From Dehalococcoidia bacterium (GTDB lineage: Bacteria; Chloroflexota; Dehalococcoidia; Lucifugimonadales; UBA3495): a DNA stretch of 64,000 nucleotides. Both the position numbers and the translations under genes were made by a program. Location: NCBI GenBank assembly GCA_965219925.1, contig OZ244795.1, forward strand, positions 1,981,622 to 2,045,621. Direction: 5' to 3'. The stretch's first letter is position 1. Each line of letters opens with the position of its first letter. The notes beneath the pieces were generated by a model. It did no database searches, had not been told where the DNA came from, and saw only the letters and a list, made by a program, of their open reading frames with translations. Positions 41,910 to 51,840 of this stretch are shown piece after piece.

Positions 41910-43325
41910 TCAGGCCAGTTGATACTCGCGGGTTGCCGTGAGCAGGCGCAGCAGGTTGGCGATGCGCTGTTCGTCGGCCTCGGTGCGGTGGTCGGAGCGA
42001 AGGTCGGCCTCGCCCTGCTCAGCGGCGAACTCGCTAAGCGACGTTCGGGTGGTGTCGGCGATTTCCAGGGGACCGATGAGGTCAACACAGGCGTCAACCT
42101 GTGCGTCGGGAGACAGCGGGCCTTCCACCTGGGTAGCCATGCGGTCGATGATGGCCTTGACGCCCGGATTGTCCGGATTGCCGAGTTCTTTGCCAACGAA
42201 ATTCACCCTTTCGACCAGGGCTCCGCTGTCGATCCACTCGGCTCCCTCGTGCCATCCCTCAACGCTGGGCGGTTGGAAGATGCCCTGTCCCATGTACACG
42301 GTGTGGCGCGCCAATTGGTCGGCGCCGAAGGTGGGTTCCCGGTAGGTTCCGGCCATGCGTACCGCGCCAACTACCAGTTCAACCGGGCCTTTCACGCGGG
42401 CAAAGCGGGCTTGCTCTGACTTGAAATAGTTGGAGTTGAACAGGGTGCGCAGTACCGACCGGATTTCGAAGTTAGAGTCGAAATAGGTAGCCATCATGTC
42501 GGCGATTACGGCTTCACCGTCGTCGTTGACCGAATCGGCGGCGAAGAACTGGAACAGTCTGGTGCAAACGAATCTGGCGGTGGCTTCCTGCTGTACGATG
42601 ATGTCGATAATGTCATCGCCGTTGAAGTTGCCGGTGTGCCCCAGGAAAGTTTTTTCGCCGTCGTCGTGGTCGTAGTCGCGATACTGGAAGTGCCAGGCGA
42701 TACGGCTGTAGGGCCAGATGGAATCGCGGCTGGCCCGGGTGGCCATGTATTCGGCATTGCCCAGGGTCCACCCCGTAAATGCGCGGGCGCACTCTTTGAT
42801 GTCATCCTCGGTGTAGTTGCCGATACCCATCGAGAAGAGCTCAAGCAGTTCACGACCATAGTTCTCGTTGATGTCGCCCTTGTGGTTATCGTTGTTGTCC
42901 AGCCAGATAATCATGGCTGGATCCTTGGACAACTCCACGAGCATGGTGCGGTAAGAACCCAGGGCGTGTCGCCGGAACGTTTCGATCTGGTTCATCAGGG
43001 AACGAGCCTGGTTGAGCTTGGAGTAGCCGGTGGCGAAAAGGCTATGCCAGAAAAGGGCGAGCTTCTCTTCCAGTGGGTTATCGGTGGTGACCATTCGGTA
43101 CATCCAGTATGCGCCGGCGCTGTTCAGCTCGCGCATTTCGGCCATATCGGAATGGAATCTACGAATCAGGTCATCGGGGATGGTATTGGCGTCGCCGGGG
43201 TTGAGAAGGTCTTCAACAACGTTCTCATAGCCGCGGGATACCTTCGCTTCCAGCTCATCACGGGTAGCGCCGAAGCCAGCGCGACGCATCAGGTGAGCCA
43301 TCAAGGCAATGTCGGCATTACTCAT
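41910..43325 (-). CDS. DUF1800 domain protein
   Basis: HL.RRAGFG, EKLALFWH, DPAM..WLD, NENYGRELLELF, ARAFTGW, PPSVEGW. Confidence 0.92.
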   Translation of the reverse strand: MSNADIALMAHLMRRAGFGATRDELEAKVSRGYENVVEDLLNPGDANTIPDDLIRRFHSDMAEMRELNSAGAYWMYRMVTTDNPLEEKLALFWHSLFATGYSKLNQARSLMNQIETFRRHALGSYRTMLVELSKDPAMIIWLDNNDNHKGDINENYGRELLELFSMGIGNYTEDDIKECARAFTGWTLGNAEYMATRASRDSIWPYSRIAWHFQYRDYDHDDGEKTFLGHTGNFNGDDIIDIIVQQEATARFVCTRLFQFFAADSVNDDGEAVIADMMATYFDSNFEIRSVLRTLFNSNYFKSEQARFARVKGPVELVVGAVRMAGTYREPTFGADQLARHTVYMGQGIFQPPSVEGWHEGAEWIDSGALVERVNFVGKELGNPDNPGVKAIIDRMATQVEGPLSPDAQVDACVDLIGPLEIADTTRTSLSEFAAEQGEADLRSDHRTEADEQRIANLLRLLTATREYQLA

Positions 43326-43404
43326 GATTGCCTCCAAGTTGTTCAGTTTTTGGGATTTTCAGATAATTGAATGCAGTGGCCGACGGTGTCGGCCTGCTGG
43401 GCAG

Positions 43405-44535
43405 CTAGCTACGAAGGAAGTTGAACTGTTCGAACTGACCGTTTACGATGCTAACCGGATCGAGGCCGAGCCACTGCTCTGCGATCGAAGAATAGGTGGA
43501 GCGGAAGTCGTTGTTCCAGTGCAGGTCGCCGTCCAGATGGTCCTCTTCGGCCAGCGAAGGATACTGGCCATAGAAGCCGCCGTTCACCGAATTACCGAGG
43601 ATGAAGACAGTTCCTCCCGAACCGTGGTCGGTTCCCGAGCCGTTGTCCTTGACGCGGCGGCCGAACTCGGTCCATACCAGCACAATGGCGTCGTCGCCGC
43701 GGCCGTGTTCTTCCAGGTCGGCCATGAAGTCGCTCACGGCGCCGGAAACCTGGGTCCAAAGGCCGCCGTGGACCTTGATCTCATCGCCGTGGGTGTCGAA
43801 GCTGCCATGCTGGGTGTAATAAACACGGGTGCCCAGATCTGCGCACATCACCTGGGCGGCATTCTTGAGCGACTGGGCGATGGGATTATCAGCGTATTCG
43901 ACGGTGGAGGAATATTTCTCGGGGGCAGTGCGAAGAATGTCGGCGCCCTTGAGGGCGTCGCGTCCGGTCTGCCCGAGGTAGTCCATCACCGAATCCTGGA
44001 TGGAGCCGCCGTACATCTTGCCGAAGGCGTCCAGGCAAAGCCCGCGGATGCGCTCTTCTTCCACGTCGGGGAACAGCCCGTAGGTTTCCAGATTGCCAAC
44101 GGAAGCAACGGGCACTCCGGGACAACCCAGGGAGCGGGGCAGGCCACGGCCGAAGTTGACGCCGGTTACCACGTTTTCGCCGCGGGGGTCGAGGTCGCGG
44201 ATTACGCGGCCCAGCCAGCCTTCCGTGGCGATCTTTTCCGGCTCGCAGGTGTGCCAGATGTCCATGCTGCGGAAGTGGGACCGGGTTGGTTTGGGGTAGC
44301 CGATACCGTTGATGATTGCGACCTTCCCGTCATCCCACAGGGCTTTGACGGGGGCCATGTTGGGGTTGAATGCGAACTGTCCATCGATAGGTATAACCTG
44401 ATCGGTGGGAATACTGACGTTGGGCCTGAAATCATAATAGTGGCCGTCGGCATAGGGGATGATCGTGTTGAGAGGGTCGTTGGCACCGGTCAGTTGAATG
44501 ACAACAAGGGACCGGTTGCTGATGGTGGTCATCAT
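43405..44535 (-). CDS. DUF1501 domain protein (no Tat leader visible)
   Basis: LVVIQL.G.ND.LNT, RSHFRSMDIW, FDTH, TEFGRR...N...GTDHG, DFRS.Y. Confidence 0.92.
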   Translation of the reverse strand: MMTTISNRSLVVIQLTGANDPLNTIIPYADGHYYDFRPNVSIPTDQVIPIDGQFAFNPNMAPVKALWDDGKVAIINGIGYPKPTRSHFRSMDIWHTCEPEKIATEGWLGRVIRDLDPRGENVVTGVNFGRGLPRSLGCPGVPVASVGNLETYGLFPDVEEERIRGLCLDAFGKMYGGSIQDSVMDYLGQTGRDALKGADILRTAPEKYSSTVEYADNPIAQSLKNAAQVMCADLGTRVYYTQHGSFDTHGDEIKVHGGLWTQVSGAVSDFMADLEEHGRGDDAIVLVWTEFGRRVKDNGSGTDHGSGGTVFILGNSVNGGFYGQYPSLAEEDHLDGDLHWNNDFRSTYSSIAEQWLGLDPVSIVNGQFEQFNFLRS

Positions 44536-44671
44536 CGGGGATGGGCCTCCTTAACTGGACACGCTCCGCGCGGACAGCGCTACGCCGCCACGCGATGGTG
44601 AACACTATTTTGGCATATGCTGGCAGTTTATTCGGGGGCGTGGATTGTGTCAACGGAACACGGTGCAAAGG

Positions 44672-44869
44672 CAGGGTCTTTCGGTTTTCCCGGTTTTGTC
44701 ATTGCGAGCGCAGCGTGGCAATCTCGTCGCCGTAGCAATGGTGATTTGCCGACGTGTGTTCAACCTCAACGAGATTGCCACGTCGCTGCGCTCCTCGCAA
44801 TGACAGGTGGGGGTGGGCGCCCTTCGCAATGACAGTCGGTTGGTTTGGTTTGACAAAGTGGGTACGCGT
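44672..44869. repeat. Chimeric repeat: CAGGGTC-type left end, palindromic core, GTGGGTACGCGT-type right end
   Basis: Core 44697-44805 differs from 3598-3706 at one position by eye; right flank matches 9350-9380 and the inverse of 24311-24332. Confidence 0.9.
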
Positions 44870-44884
44870 AGATGGCCGGCTGGT

Positions 44885-44913
44885 TTGATACCCGATGAAG
44901 GGTTGGTTATACT
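44885..44913 (+). promoter_or_regulatory. sigma70-type promoter for leuB
   Basis: TTGATA-17 nt-TATACT, about 150 nt upstream of the leuB ATG. Confidence 0.65.
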
Positions 44914-45061
44914 ACCCGACGCCCCGGTCAGATATGGTTCGACCCGGAATGCGGGGCCAATGAGAGAATAGCCAGCCCCGATTGAACTGCTTTCGTGAAG
45001 CATTGTGGGCCCACCGACCAACTGGCCGCAGATTTCCGAGACACGGGCAGGAGAGATGTAA

Positions 45062-46153
45062 ATGGAATTCAACATAGCCATTTTAGGCGGCGACGGCATC
45101 GGGCCCGAGGTTACGGCCGAGGGGGTAAAAACGCTGGAAGCCGTGGGCCGCGCATTCGGCCATAATTTCACCCTGGAGTACGCGGACGTGGGCGGCATAT
45201 CAATCGACCGCCACGGAACGCCACTCACCGACTCCACGCAGGACCTGGCCACCGCAGCCGATGCCGTGCTGTTTGGCGCAGTTGGCGGCCCCAAGTGGGA
45301 TGACCCCTCGGCTCCGACCCGCCCCGAAGATGGCCTGTTGGCGTTGCGGGCTCATCTCAACGTGTTTGCCAACATACGCCCCGTCAAGGTGTATCCGGAG
45401 TTGACCGGCTCTAGTGTGTTGAAGCCCCACGTGCTGGAAGGTGTAGACATGGTGGTAGTGCGGGAGTTGACCGGCGGCCTGTACTACGCTCTGCCCAAGG
45501 GAAGGACCGAGACACCGCAGGGACTGGTGGGCGTGGATACCATGCGCTACACCGAGGCCGAGATAGAACGGGTGCTCCGGGTGGGATTCGAGCTGGCCCG
45601 CGGACGCCGCAAGAAACTGACTTCGGTCGATAAAGCCAACGTGTTGGAGACATCCCGACTCTGGCGCGCGACAGCGACGCGCCTCGCCGCAGACTACCCG
45701 GATGTGGAACTGGAACATGCCTTGGTGGACGCCTGCGCCATGCAGCTGGTTTTGCGACCATCTTCCTACGATGTGATCGTGGCCGAAAATACTTTTGGCG
45801 ACATTCTCACCGACGAAGCCGCGATATTGGCAGCGTCCATGGGACTCCTGCCGTCGGCGAGTTTATCCGGGGTTCCTCAGGCTGGCGTCCGCACTGCCGG
45901 GTTTTACGAACCGATTCACGGCACCGCGCCGGATATTGCCGGTCAAGGGATTGCAAATCCCTGCGGTTCGATTTTGAGTACAGCAATGATGCTGCGGTAT
46001 TCCCTGGGCCTGACTGAAGAGGCTTCGGCAATCGAAAGGGCAGTCCAAACGGTATTGACCGAGGGATACCGCACTGCGGATATCGTCACCAGCGAGGACA
46101 CGGCGGTGGGAACTGTAGAAATGGGCAACCTGATCACGGCGGCCATCGGGTAA
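45062..46153 (+). CDS. leuB: 3-isopropylmalate dehydrogenase
   Basis: [58 protein letters not shown]. Confidence 0.97.
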   Translation: MEFNIAILGGDGIGPEVTAEGVKTLEAVGRAFGHNFTLEYADVGGISIDRHGTPLTDSTQDLATAADAVLFGAVGGPKWDDPSAPTRPEDGLLALRAHLNVFANIRPVKVYPELTGSSVLKPHVLEGVDMVVVRELTGGLYYALPKGRTETPQGLVGVDTMRYTEAEIERVLRVGFELARGRRKKLTSVDKANVLETSRLWRATATRLAADYPDVELEHALVDACAMQLVLRPSSYDVIVAENTFGDILTDEAAILAASMGLLPSASLSGVPQAGVRTAGFYEPIHGTAPDIAGQGIANPCGSILSTAMMLRYSLGLTEEASAIERAVQTVLTEGYRTADIVTSEDTAVGTVEMGNLITAAIG

Positions 46154-46169
46154 TTCGCGTCGGCTTACT

Positions 46170-47228
46170 ATGTTCAATCTGCTGGGAGAAGCCCATCTGT
46201 CCGTTGCCGTTCTGGTGTTTGTGGGGAGCGCGGCCGCTGTCATTTTCCTGGGTGTTCAGCTGGCAAAATACGGTGATGCGCTGGCTACGCTAACGGGTTG
46301 GGGGCGTCTGTTCGTAGGCAGCATACTGGTGGCGCTGGCCACGTCGCTACCGGAATTATCAAACAACATCACAGCGGTTCAGCTGGACAATCCGCAATTG
46401 GCGCTGGGCAACGTGGTTGGCGCCAACATGATCAATATGTTTACCATGGCTATGGTGGCCCTGGTGTTCGGAGGGCGGCGGTTCCTGCAGCGAGTAGCGC
46501 CCGAGCAGGGGTATCTGATCGTTTTGGCTGCCGCGCTAACCGGGCTTACCGTGCTGTTCGCCGGGCTCAAGATTGGCATCAACGTGTGGCAGATTGGGCT
46601 CTCGTCGGTGATCCTGCTGGTCGTGTACGTAATCGGGATGCGGATCGTCTACGCGCGGAGACCGGTGGAATCGGCGGAGGATGAGGCGGAAGACGCGGGC
46701 ATGTCGGTGAGCCGGGCGTGGATAATGTTCGGCCTGGTTTCGTTGGGGGTGATAATCGCCGGCGTATTCCTGGCGCAGAGCGTGGATCGTGTTGCCGACT
46801 TGACCGGGATCTCGTCCGGGGTGCTGGGAATTCTGGCAGTGTCCATCGTGACCACCATGCCGGAGGCATCGGCAGCGGTGGCGGCGGCGCGGATGGGTGC
46901 AGCCGACCTGGGAGTTGCCGGACTATACGGTAGCTGCGTGTTCAACGTTACGATTCTGTCGTTTGCCGACCCGTTTTATCGCAACGGGATCGTGTTGAAC
47001 AACCCGGAGCCGGAACATTTTGTGTCGGGGATCATCGCTGTGGCCCTCATTTTATTCGGCGGCGTGCTGTTATGGGGACGCAATCGACTGACGCAGCCGG
47101 TTATCGTCTTTGGCCTGGTGTTGATGGTTGGTGTTTACGTGGCCGGGGCCGTGTGGGTGGCGCTGCTGGGCGCCCCGGATCCAATGGAGGCGGCAAAAGT
47201 CGCGGCCGGGATTATCCCGATAGGTTAG
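46170..47228 (+). CDS. Sodium:calcium antiporter (CaCA) family membrane protein
   Basis: Two alpha-repeats: ATSLPEL...GNVVGAN..N and VTTMPE...GS..FN. Confidence 0.88.
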   Translation: MFNLLGEAHLSVAVLVFVGSAAAVIFLGVQLAKYGDALATLTGWGRLFVGSILVALATSLPELSNNITAVQLDNPQLALGNVVGANMINMFTMAMVALVFGGRRFLQRVAPEQGYLIVLAAALTGLTVLFAGLKIGINVWQIGLSSVILLVVYVIGMRIVYARRPVESAEDEAEDAGMSVSRAWIMFGLVSLGVIIAGVFLAQSVDRVADLTGISSGVLGILAVSIVTTMPEASAAVAAARMGAADLGVAGLYGSCVFNVTILSFADPFYRNGIVLNNPEPEHFVSGIIAVALILFGGVLLWGRNRLTQPVIVFGLVLMVGVYVAGAVWVALLGAPDPMEAAKVAAGIIPIG

Positions 47229-47299
47229 GGCACCGGTTGGCCGTGGGTTGGCACGGCCATCGTCACACCGAAGGGCGAGGCAGAATTCGTCGTGGGTCG

Positions 47300-47788
47300 T
47301 CAGATTTCGGCGCCGGGAAACCTGGCCACTTCTACAAAATCGCCGCTGGTGTCATCCCAGGAAAAAAGGGCGGCCTCCACGACGCGTTGCGCGTCGATGC
47401 CCACCACCAGTTGTTCAACCGGGTAGGCCGGACCGTCGCCCCACGGGCTGGTGGCAACGGTGCGGTCGGTGTCGGAGAGGTAAGCGCGGCCATTGGGGTG
47501 CGAGTGGTAGATGATGCGGGCGGGGATGTCTGAATCGAGGCTGTTGTTCAGGGCCAGCAGGTCGGCGGTATTGAACACGTATGCCGTTTCTGCGGTGCGC
47601 TGCGCTGCCGTCGGATGGGTGCCGGAAGCCTGTGCGTTGGCGGCCGGCCGGATCGCGTCGATACTATCGCCGCCGGCGGGGCCGACGAGCCAGCCGCAAC
47701 ATTCGGCAGGGTAGGCGGCCCGGGCCTCACGAAAAATGGAATCGAGGATAGCTGGCGGAATTTGCACGAGATTGTTCAAATTGGCCAT
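47300..47788 (-). CDS. JAB/MPN (M67, Mec-like) metallopeptidase
   Basis: YP.ECCG, YHSHP...AYLS.TD JAMM motif. Confidence 0.9.
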   Translation of the reverse strand: MANLNNLVQIPPAILDSIFREARAAYPAECCGWLVGPAGGDSIDAIRPAANAQASGTHPTAAQRTAETAYVFNTADLLALNNSLDSDIPARIIYHSHPNGRAYLSDTDRTVATSPWGDGPAYPVEQLVVGIDAQRVVEAALFSWDDTSGDFVEVARFPGAEI

Positions 47789-47949
47789 TTAACCCCCTTG
47801 TTACGAAAAGCGGCCAGATGATATACTGATTCCAGCGTTGTTTATGGAGTTGCAGTAATACTTCGGTAATACTATTACGGTAAACTGAATCCACAGTCGA
47901 ATACCGGCAACGTAAAAAAGTTTAGTGTTCTAACAGACAGGAATCGGAA

Positions 47950-48174
47950 ATGCAAACTAACATTCGTAAATCAGTGAACCTGAAGGCGTGCCCGCGCTGT
48001 GGCGGCGACGTATGCCGTATGCGGGATACCTTCGGAGTTTACCATCAGTGTGCCCAGTGTGGACGCGACATACGACGCGAAGTGGCGTATTCCCCGGTGG
48101 CTTCGACGGCTAATGCCGGGACAATGGATTCACCGGCTCATCCAGAGCGACACATGGAAAAGCTGATCGTGTAA
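47950..48174 (+). CDS. Small Zn-ribbon protein (paralog 1)
   Basis: CPRCGGD-x5-D.FG.Y..CAQCG; CAGGA RBS; similar to 48369-48605. Confidence 0.75.
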   Translation: MQTNIRKSVNLKACPRCGGDVCRMRDTFGVYHQCAQCGRDIRREVAYSPVASTANAGTMDSPAHPERHMEKLIV

Positions 48175-48205
48175 TCGGCAGCCAGCGAACAAGCAACCGG
48201 AGGGA

Positions 48206-48240
48206 GTGGCCTCGGACTTGTCGCCGAGGCCACTTTCTTA
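48206..48240 (+). terminator. Intrinsic terminator between the Zn-ribbon paralogs
   Basis: AGTGGCCTCGG...CCGAGGCCACT followed by TTCTTATTTT. Confidence 0.8.
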
Positions 48241-48368
48241 TTTTCTGGTCTGCCCGCTGGATGTCAAATTCACCAACTAACCGCATTCACAATTTCTTAA
48301 TGTACCGGGGATAGCATCAAGCATGAGAGCCGGGAAGGTCTGGGTCACGGGTCCGACAGGGAGAAGAA

Positions 48369-48605
48369 ATGGAAACGAATGTAAATTACAGCGCGCGCGC
48401 CGCTGCGGTACGTGTCCGCCGGTTGCAACTGCGGCAATGTCCCCATTGTGGGGGTGATGTCCGACTGGTGAAGGATATTTACGGTTCTTACCGTCAGTGT
48501 CTCCAGTGCAGTCGGGAAATAACTCCGGTGGCCATGGAGCAGAGCCAACATTATCCCGTGGCGTTTCCAGCGCCTACCGGGGCCGAAGAACTGTTGGCCG
48601 CATGA
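48369..48605 (+). CDS. Small Zn-ribbon protein (paralog 2)
   Basis: CPHCGGD-x5-D.YG.Y..CLQCS; GGGAG RBS. Confidence 0.75.
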   Translation: METNVNYSARAAAVRVRRLQLRQCPHCGGDVRLVKDIYGSYRQCLQCSREITPVAMEQSQHYPVAFPAPTGAEELLAA

Positions 48606-48665
48606 TCGGTTACGGATCTTTCCGCTCGCCGACGGGGTCTCAGTTTAGCGACGAGGCCCCGTTCA

Positions 48666-49154
48666 TTACCTGCGGGGACGGAAACGCCAGGCGTTATCGT
48701 CATTGCGTTGCTTGACCAGCTCTCCGTACTGGCGGATAGATTCTTCCTGGGCTGCCGTCTGGATCGACCCGGGACGCAGTTGGCGGATGTAGGCGATTGA
48801 TTCGTCGGGTTCCCATCCGGTATGTACCAGGTAGGCTGCCAGAATGGTGCCGGTGCGTCCGATTCCGGCAGCGCACGTGACCACCGTGGGCCGTTCCCAG
48901 GTTTCGATCTGCTGCTCTATGTACGTTACGATGCGGTCGATCTGTTCCACGGTCGGCGCTGCGAAATCCGGTACGGGTTCGAAGAGTTCTTCAAATCCCC
49001 AGGGCGCGGCGGATATGGTGTTTTCTTCCATGCGGACGATGGCGGTAATGTCGAGGCGCTCAAAGTAAATGAGGTGTCGTCGCTCGGTCGGGCCCATGGA
49101 GCCGGCCAGGGATCCAGTGAGAATCCAGCTGAAATTACGAAAACTGTCTTGCAT
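48666..49154 (-). CDS. Dual-specificity / tyrosine phosphatase family protein
   Basis: FSWI, PVPDF.AP general-acid loop, CAAGIGRTG (CX5R), RPGSIQT..Q. Confidence 0.9.
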   Translation of the reverse strand: MQDSFRNFSWILTGSLAGSMGPTERRHLIYFERLDITAIVRMEENTISAAPWGFEELFEPVPDFAAPTVEQIDRIVTYIEQQIETWERPTVVTCAAGIGRTGTILAAYLVHTGWEPDESIAYIRQLRPGSIQTAAQEESIRQYGELVKQRNDDNAWRFRPRR

Positions 49155-49198
49155 CGAGGGTCCGAACCTTTCACTAGCGAGTTTATGCTTGAGAGAGT

Positions 49199-49501
49199 TT
49201 ATGCGGCGGGATTTGTGGCGTCGATGATGTTTTGCAACCGGCGGTTCATTTCGTTGCTGTCCAATCCCAAAATGAGCACCACCTTATCGCGGGAACTGAA
49301 GCCCCGCACGATCTTCACGTCGGCGCGGGCCACCTGCAGGCAGTCGGCCAACAGCGCGATAACGGCTGCGTTGGCTTTGCCTCTGGTCGGGGAAACAGCG
49401 ATCCGTACCCGCACGCTTTCCCCATGCCAGCCGGCTATCTCTGAGCGCGGTGCGCCCGGCTGGACACGTAGTAGTAATCTGGATGCGATGGGCTCCGACA
49501 T
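49199..49501 (-). CDS. DUF167 (YggU/UPF0235) protein
   Basis: VQPGA.RSEI, P..GKAN, IVRG..SRDK; start trimmed to MSEPI. Confidence 0.85.
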   Translation of the reverse strand: MSEPIASRLLLRVQPGAPRSEIAGWHGESVRVRIAVSPTRGKANAAVIALLADCLQVARADVKIVRGFSSRDKVVLILGLDSNEMNRRLQNIIDATNPAA

Positions 49502-49573
49502 CAACGCTGCCGACCAGTCTGGTATAGTAATCGCGGTGGCGTAACACACGCCCCGCAGCCTTGGGAGGGCTAG

Positions 49574-50353
49574 ATGGAGTATATCAGCATTGAGCTTGAG
49601 GTTGACAACCAAATCGCGACACTGCGGTTGAATCGCCCCGATGCGTTGAATGCTCTGAGCCGGGAACTCCTGTCGGAATTTACCCACGCTGTGGCGTCCG
49701 TGGAACGCGACGAATCAATCAAGGCCCTGGTAGTGTGTGGGGCTGGCCGGGGGTTTTGCGCCGGCGCGGACTTGCTTTTCTTCGACCGCGTTTTTGACGA
49801 CCTTTCGCAGCTCCCTGATTACGTCCGGGCATTGAACGACGCTTTTTTTGCGTTGGAATCGCTCCCCATACCGACCATCGCGGTTGTCCATGGGTATGCC
49901 CTCGCCGGCGGCATGGAGTTGATGATGGCCTGCGACATGGCGATCGTTGCCGATGACGCCCGAATCGGCGACCAGCACGCAAATTTCGGGCTGATACCCG
50001 GTGGCGGTTCGACGCAACGGTTGCCCCGTCGGGTGGGCATGCCCCGCGCGATGGAACTGCTGACAACGGGCCGATGGCTTTCTGGCAGCGAAGCCGTAGA
50101 GTGGGGACTGGCGTTGCGTTCGGCGCCCGTTGAATTCCTGGAGACTGAGCTGGAAACCCTGTTGACCGGCCTGCGCCCCAAAAGTCGCACCGGTCTGGAA
50201 TTGATGAAATCGCTTGCCAAAAGCAGCCAGGACGTGCCGCTGCGCGACGGCATAGCTCTGGAGGGCGCGACGTTTACCCACCTCTTTGCAACATCTCCAC
50301 ACCCCAGAGAAGGGATTACAGCATTTAAGGAAAAACGGCAGCCGGAGTTTTAA
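49574..50353 (+). CDS. Enoyl-CoA hydratase/isomerase family protein
   Basis: LNRPDALNAL, FCAGADL, HGYALAGGMEL...CD, GLIPGGG.TQRLPR. Confidence 0.93.
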   Translation: MEYISIELEVDNQIATLRLNRPDALNALSRELLSEFTHAVASVERDESIKALVVCGAGRGFCAGADLLFFDRVFDDLSQLPDYVRALNDAFFALESLPIPTIAVVHGYALAGGMELMMACDMAIVADDARIGDQHANFGLIPGGGSTQRLPRRVGMPRAMELLTTGRWLSGSEAVEWGLALRSAPVEFLETELETLLTGLRPKSRTGLELMKSLAKSSQDVPLRDGIALEGATFTHLFATSPHPREGITAFKEKRQPEF

Positions 50354-50452
50354 CGGATAGCGCAGCTCATGTAAAACCTGGCCGCGCGGGGTGGTTGAAC
50401 CGGGCGGTTACCACGGTTTATTCGCCGGCCGGATAATCAAGGGAAATTCAGA

Positions 50453-51325
50453 TTGAAGATTAAAGACATATTGCAACAAAAGCGGACGGTTTCGTTCGAG
50501 TTTTTCCCGCCTCGGGAGGCCGATGCCGTGCCGGGCGTCGTGGACGTGATCAAGGGATTGTCCAGATACAATCCGGACTTTGTGTCAGTGACCTACGGAG
50601 CAGGGGGCAGCACTCGGGTGTTTACGGAAGAGATCACGGTCCAGCTGGCCAGCGAGACCAGCCTGGAAGTGATGGCCCACCTGACCTGCGTGGCGCAGAG
50701 TCAGGATGAAGTTCACGGAGTTTTGAGCCGGCTCGGTCAGGCGGGCATTGAAAACGTAATCGCCCTGCGCGGCGACCGTCCGCCGGACATGGACGCCGAT
50801 GCCGTCTTTCCGGGGGAATTCTCCCACGCTACCGATCTGATCCGGCACATCCGGCAACATTTTGACATGGGCATTGCCGGTGCGTGTTACCCGGAGGGGC
50901 ACACGGAATCCCAAGACCTGGACACCGACCTCCAATACGCTCGTATGAAACAGGATCTGGGCGCTGACTTCCTTATCACTCAACTGTTTTACGACAACAG
51001 TCATTATTACGATTTGCTCGAACGCGCCGAGAAAACCGGGATTGAAGTACCCATCGTGCCGGGTGTGTTGCCCATATTGAGCACGCCGCAGATCAGGAGA
51101 TTTACAACGCTTTGCGGCGCAACTATACCCGCCGACCTGGACCAGAAGCTGGAGCGTTTTGCCGATGATAATCGGGCAGTTCGCGAAATCGGCGTGGAGC
51201 ACGCTACCCGGCAGGTTCAGGATTTGTGGGCCAACGGCGTGCCGGGCGTGCATTTTTACGTGTTGAATCGGTCGTATTCGATCTCGCGGATTTTGCAGGA
51301 ACTGCGCCTGGACGGGCACTGCTGA
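50453..51325 (+). CDS. metF: 5,10-methylenetetrahydrofolate reductase
   Basis: SFEFFPP, SVTYGAGG, AHLTCV, ALRGD, CYPEGH, ITQLFY, HFYVLN. Confidence 0.96.
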   Translation: MKIKDILQQKRTVSFEFFPPREADAVPGVVDVIKGLSRYNPDFVSVTYGAGGSTRVFTEEITVQLASETSLEVMAHLTCVAQSQDEVHGVLSRLGQAGIENVIALRGDRPPDMDADAVFPGEFSHATDLIRHIRQHFDMGIAGACYPEGHTESQDLDTDLQYARMKQDLGADFLITQLFYDNSHYYDLLERAEKTGIEVPIVPGVLPILSTPQIRRFTTLCGATIPADLDQKLERFADDNRAVREIGVEHATRQVQDLWANGVPGVHFYVLNRSYSISRILQELRLDGHC

Positions 51326-51355
51326 GACTAAAAGCAGGAGACGCGGTGGAAGACC

Positions 51356-51805
51356 ATGCTGGGCGCCGGAGTTGACCTCATCGAAATTGAGCGGGTGGCC
51401 GGGGTGCTGGAGCGCCACGGAGAGCGGTTTTTGCGCCGAGTGTTTACGCCGGGTGAGATTGCATATTGCCGGGGCCGCGCGCCCAATCTGGCGGCCAGGT
51501 TCGCCGCTAAAGAGGCCGTGATGAAGTCCCTCGGAACTGGATTCAGGGGTGTGGGATGGCGGGACGTGGAAGTCGTGCGCGCTCCCAGTGGCGCTCCCAG
51601 TCCACGGCTGCACGGCAGGGCTTTGCGGCGTGCCGAGCGGTTGGGTGTAACCGAGATTGCAATCAGTCTTTCCCATTCCAGAGGGTTTGCGGTGGCTTTT
51701 GCGGTGGCCAGCCGACCGGATACGGCGGATTCCCTGGCGGCTACGAGCGCAACGCTGTGGGGAGAACCAGTCGCGCCGCAGGCCGCGCTACCGGCTGCAA
51801 GATAG
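51356..51805 (+). CDS. acpS: Holo-[acyl-carrier-protein] synthase
   Basis: [31 protein letters not shown]. Confidence 0.95.
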   Translation: MLGAGVDLIEIERVAGVLERHGERFLRRVFTPGEIAYCRGRAPNLAARFAAKEAVMKSLGTGFRGVGWRDVEVVRAPSGAPSPRLHGRALRRAERLGVTEIAISLSHSRGFAVAFAVASRPDTADSLAATSATLWGEPVAPQAALPAAR

Positions 51806-51840
51806 ATGGCGCGTCCCATGCCTGTGCAATCGCCGTTATT

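Noticed and set aside
47300-47788. JAB protein (and RadC at 56651) as part of a CBASS/ubiquitin-like defence system
   Set aside because: No E1/E2, CD-NTase or ubiquitin-like gene nearby; both fit housekeeping Mec-like and RadC families
50354-50452. SAM riboswitch upstream of metF
   Set aside because: No SAM-I (ATCNAGAG...GGCAACC...GGTGC) or other recognisable aptamer motifs in the short spacer
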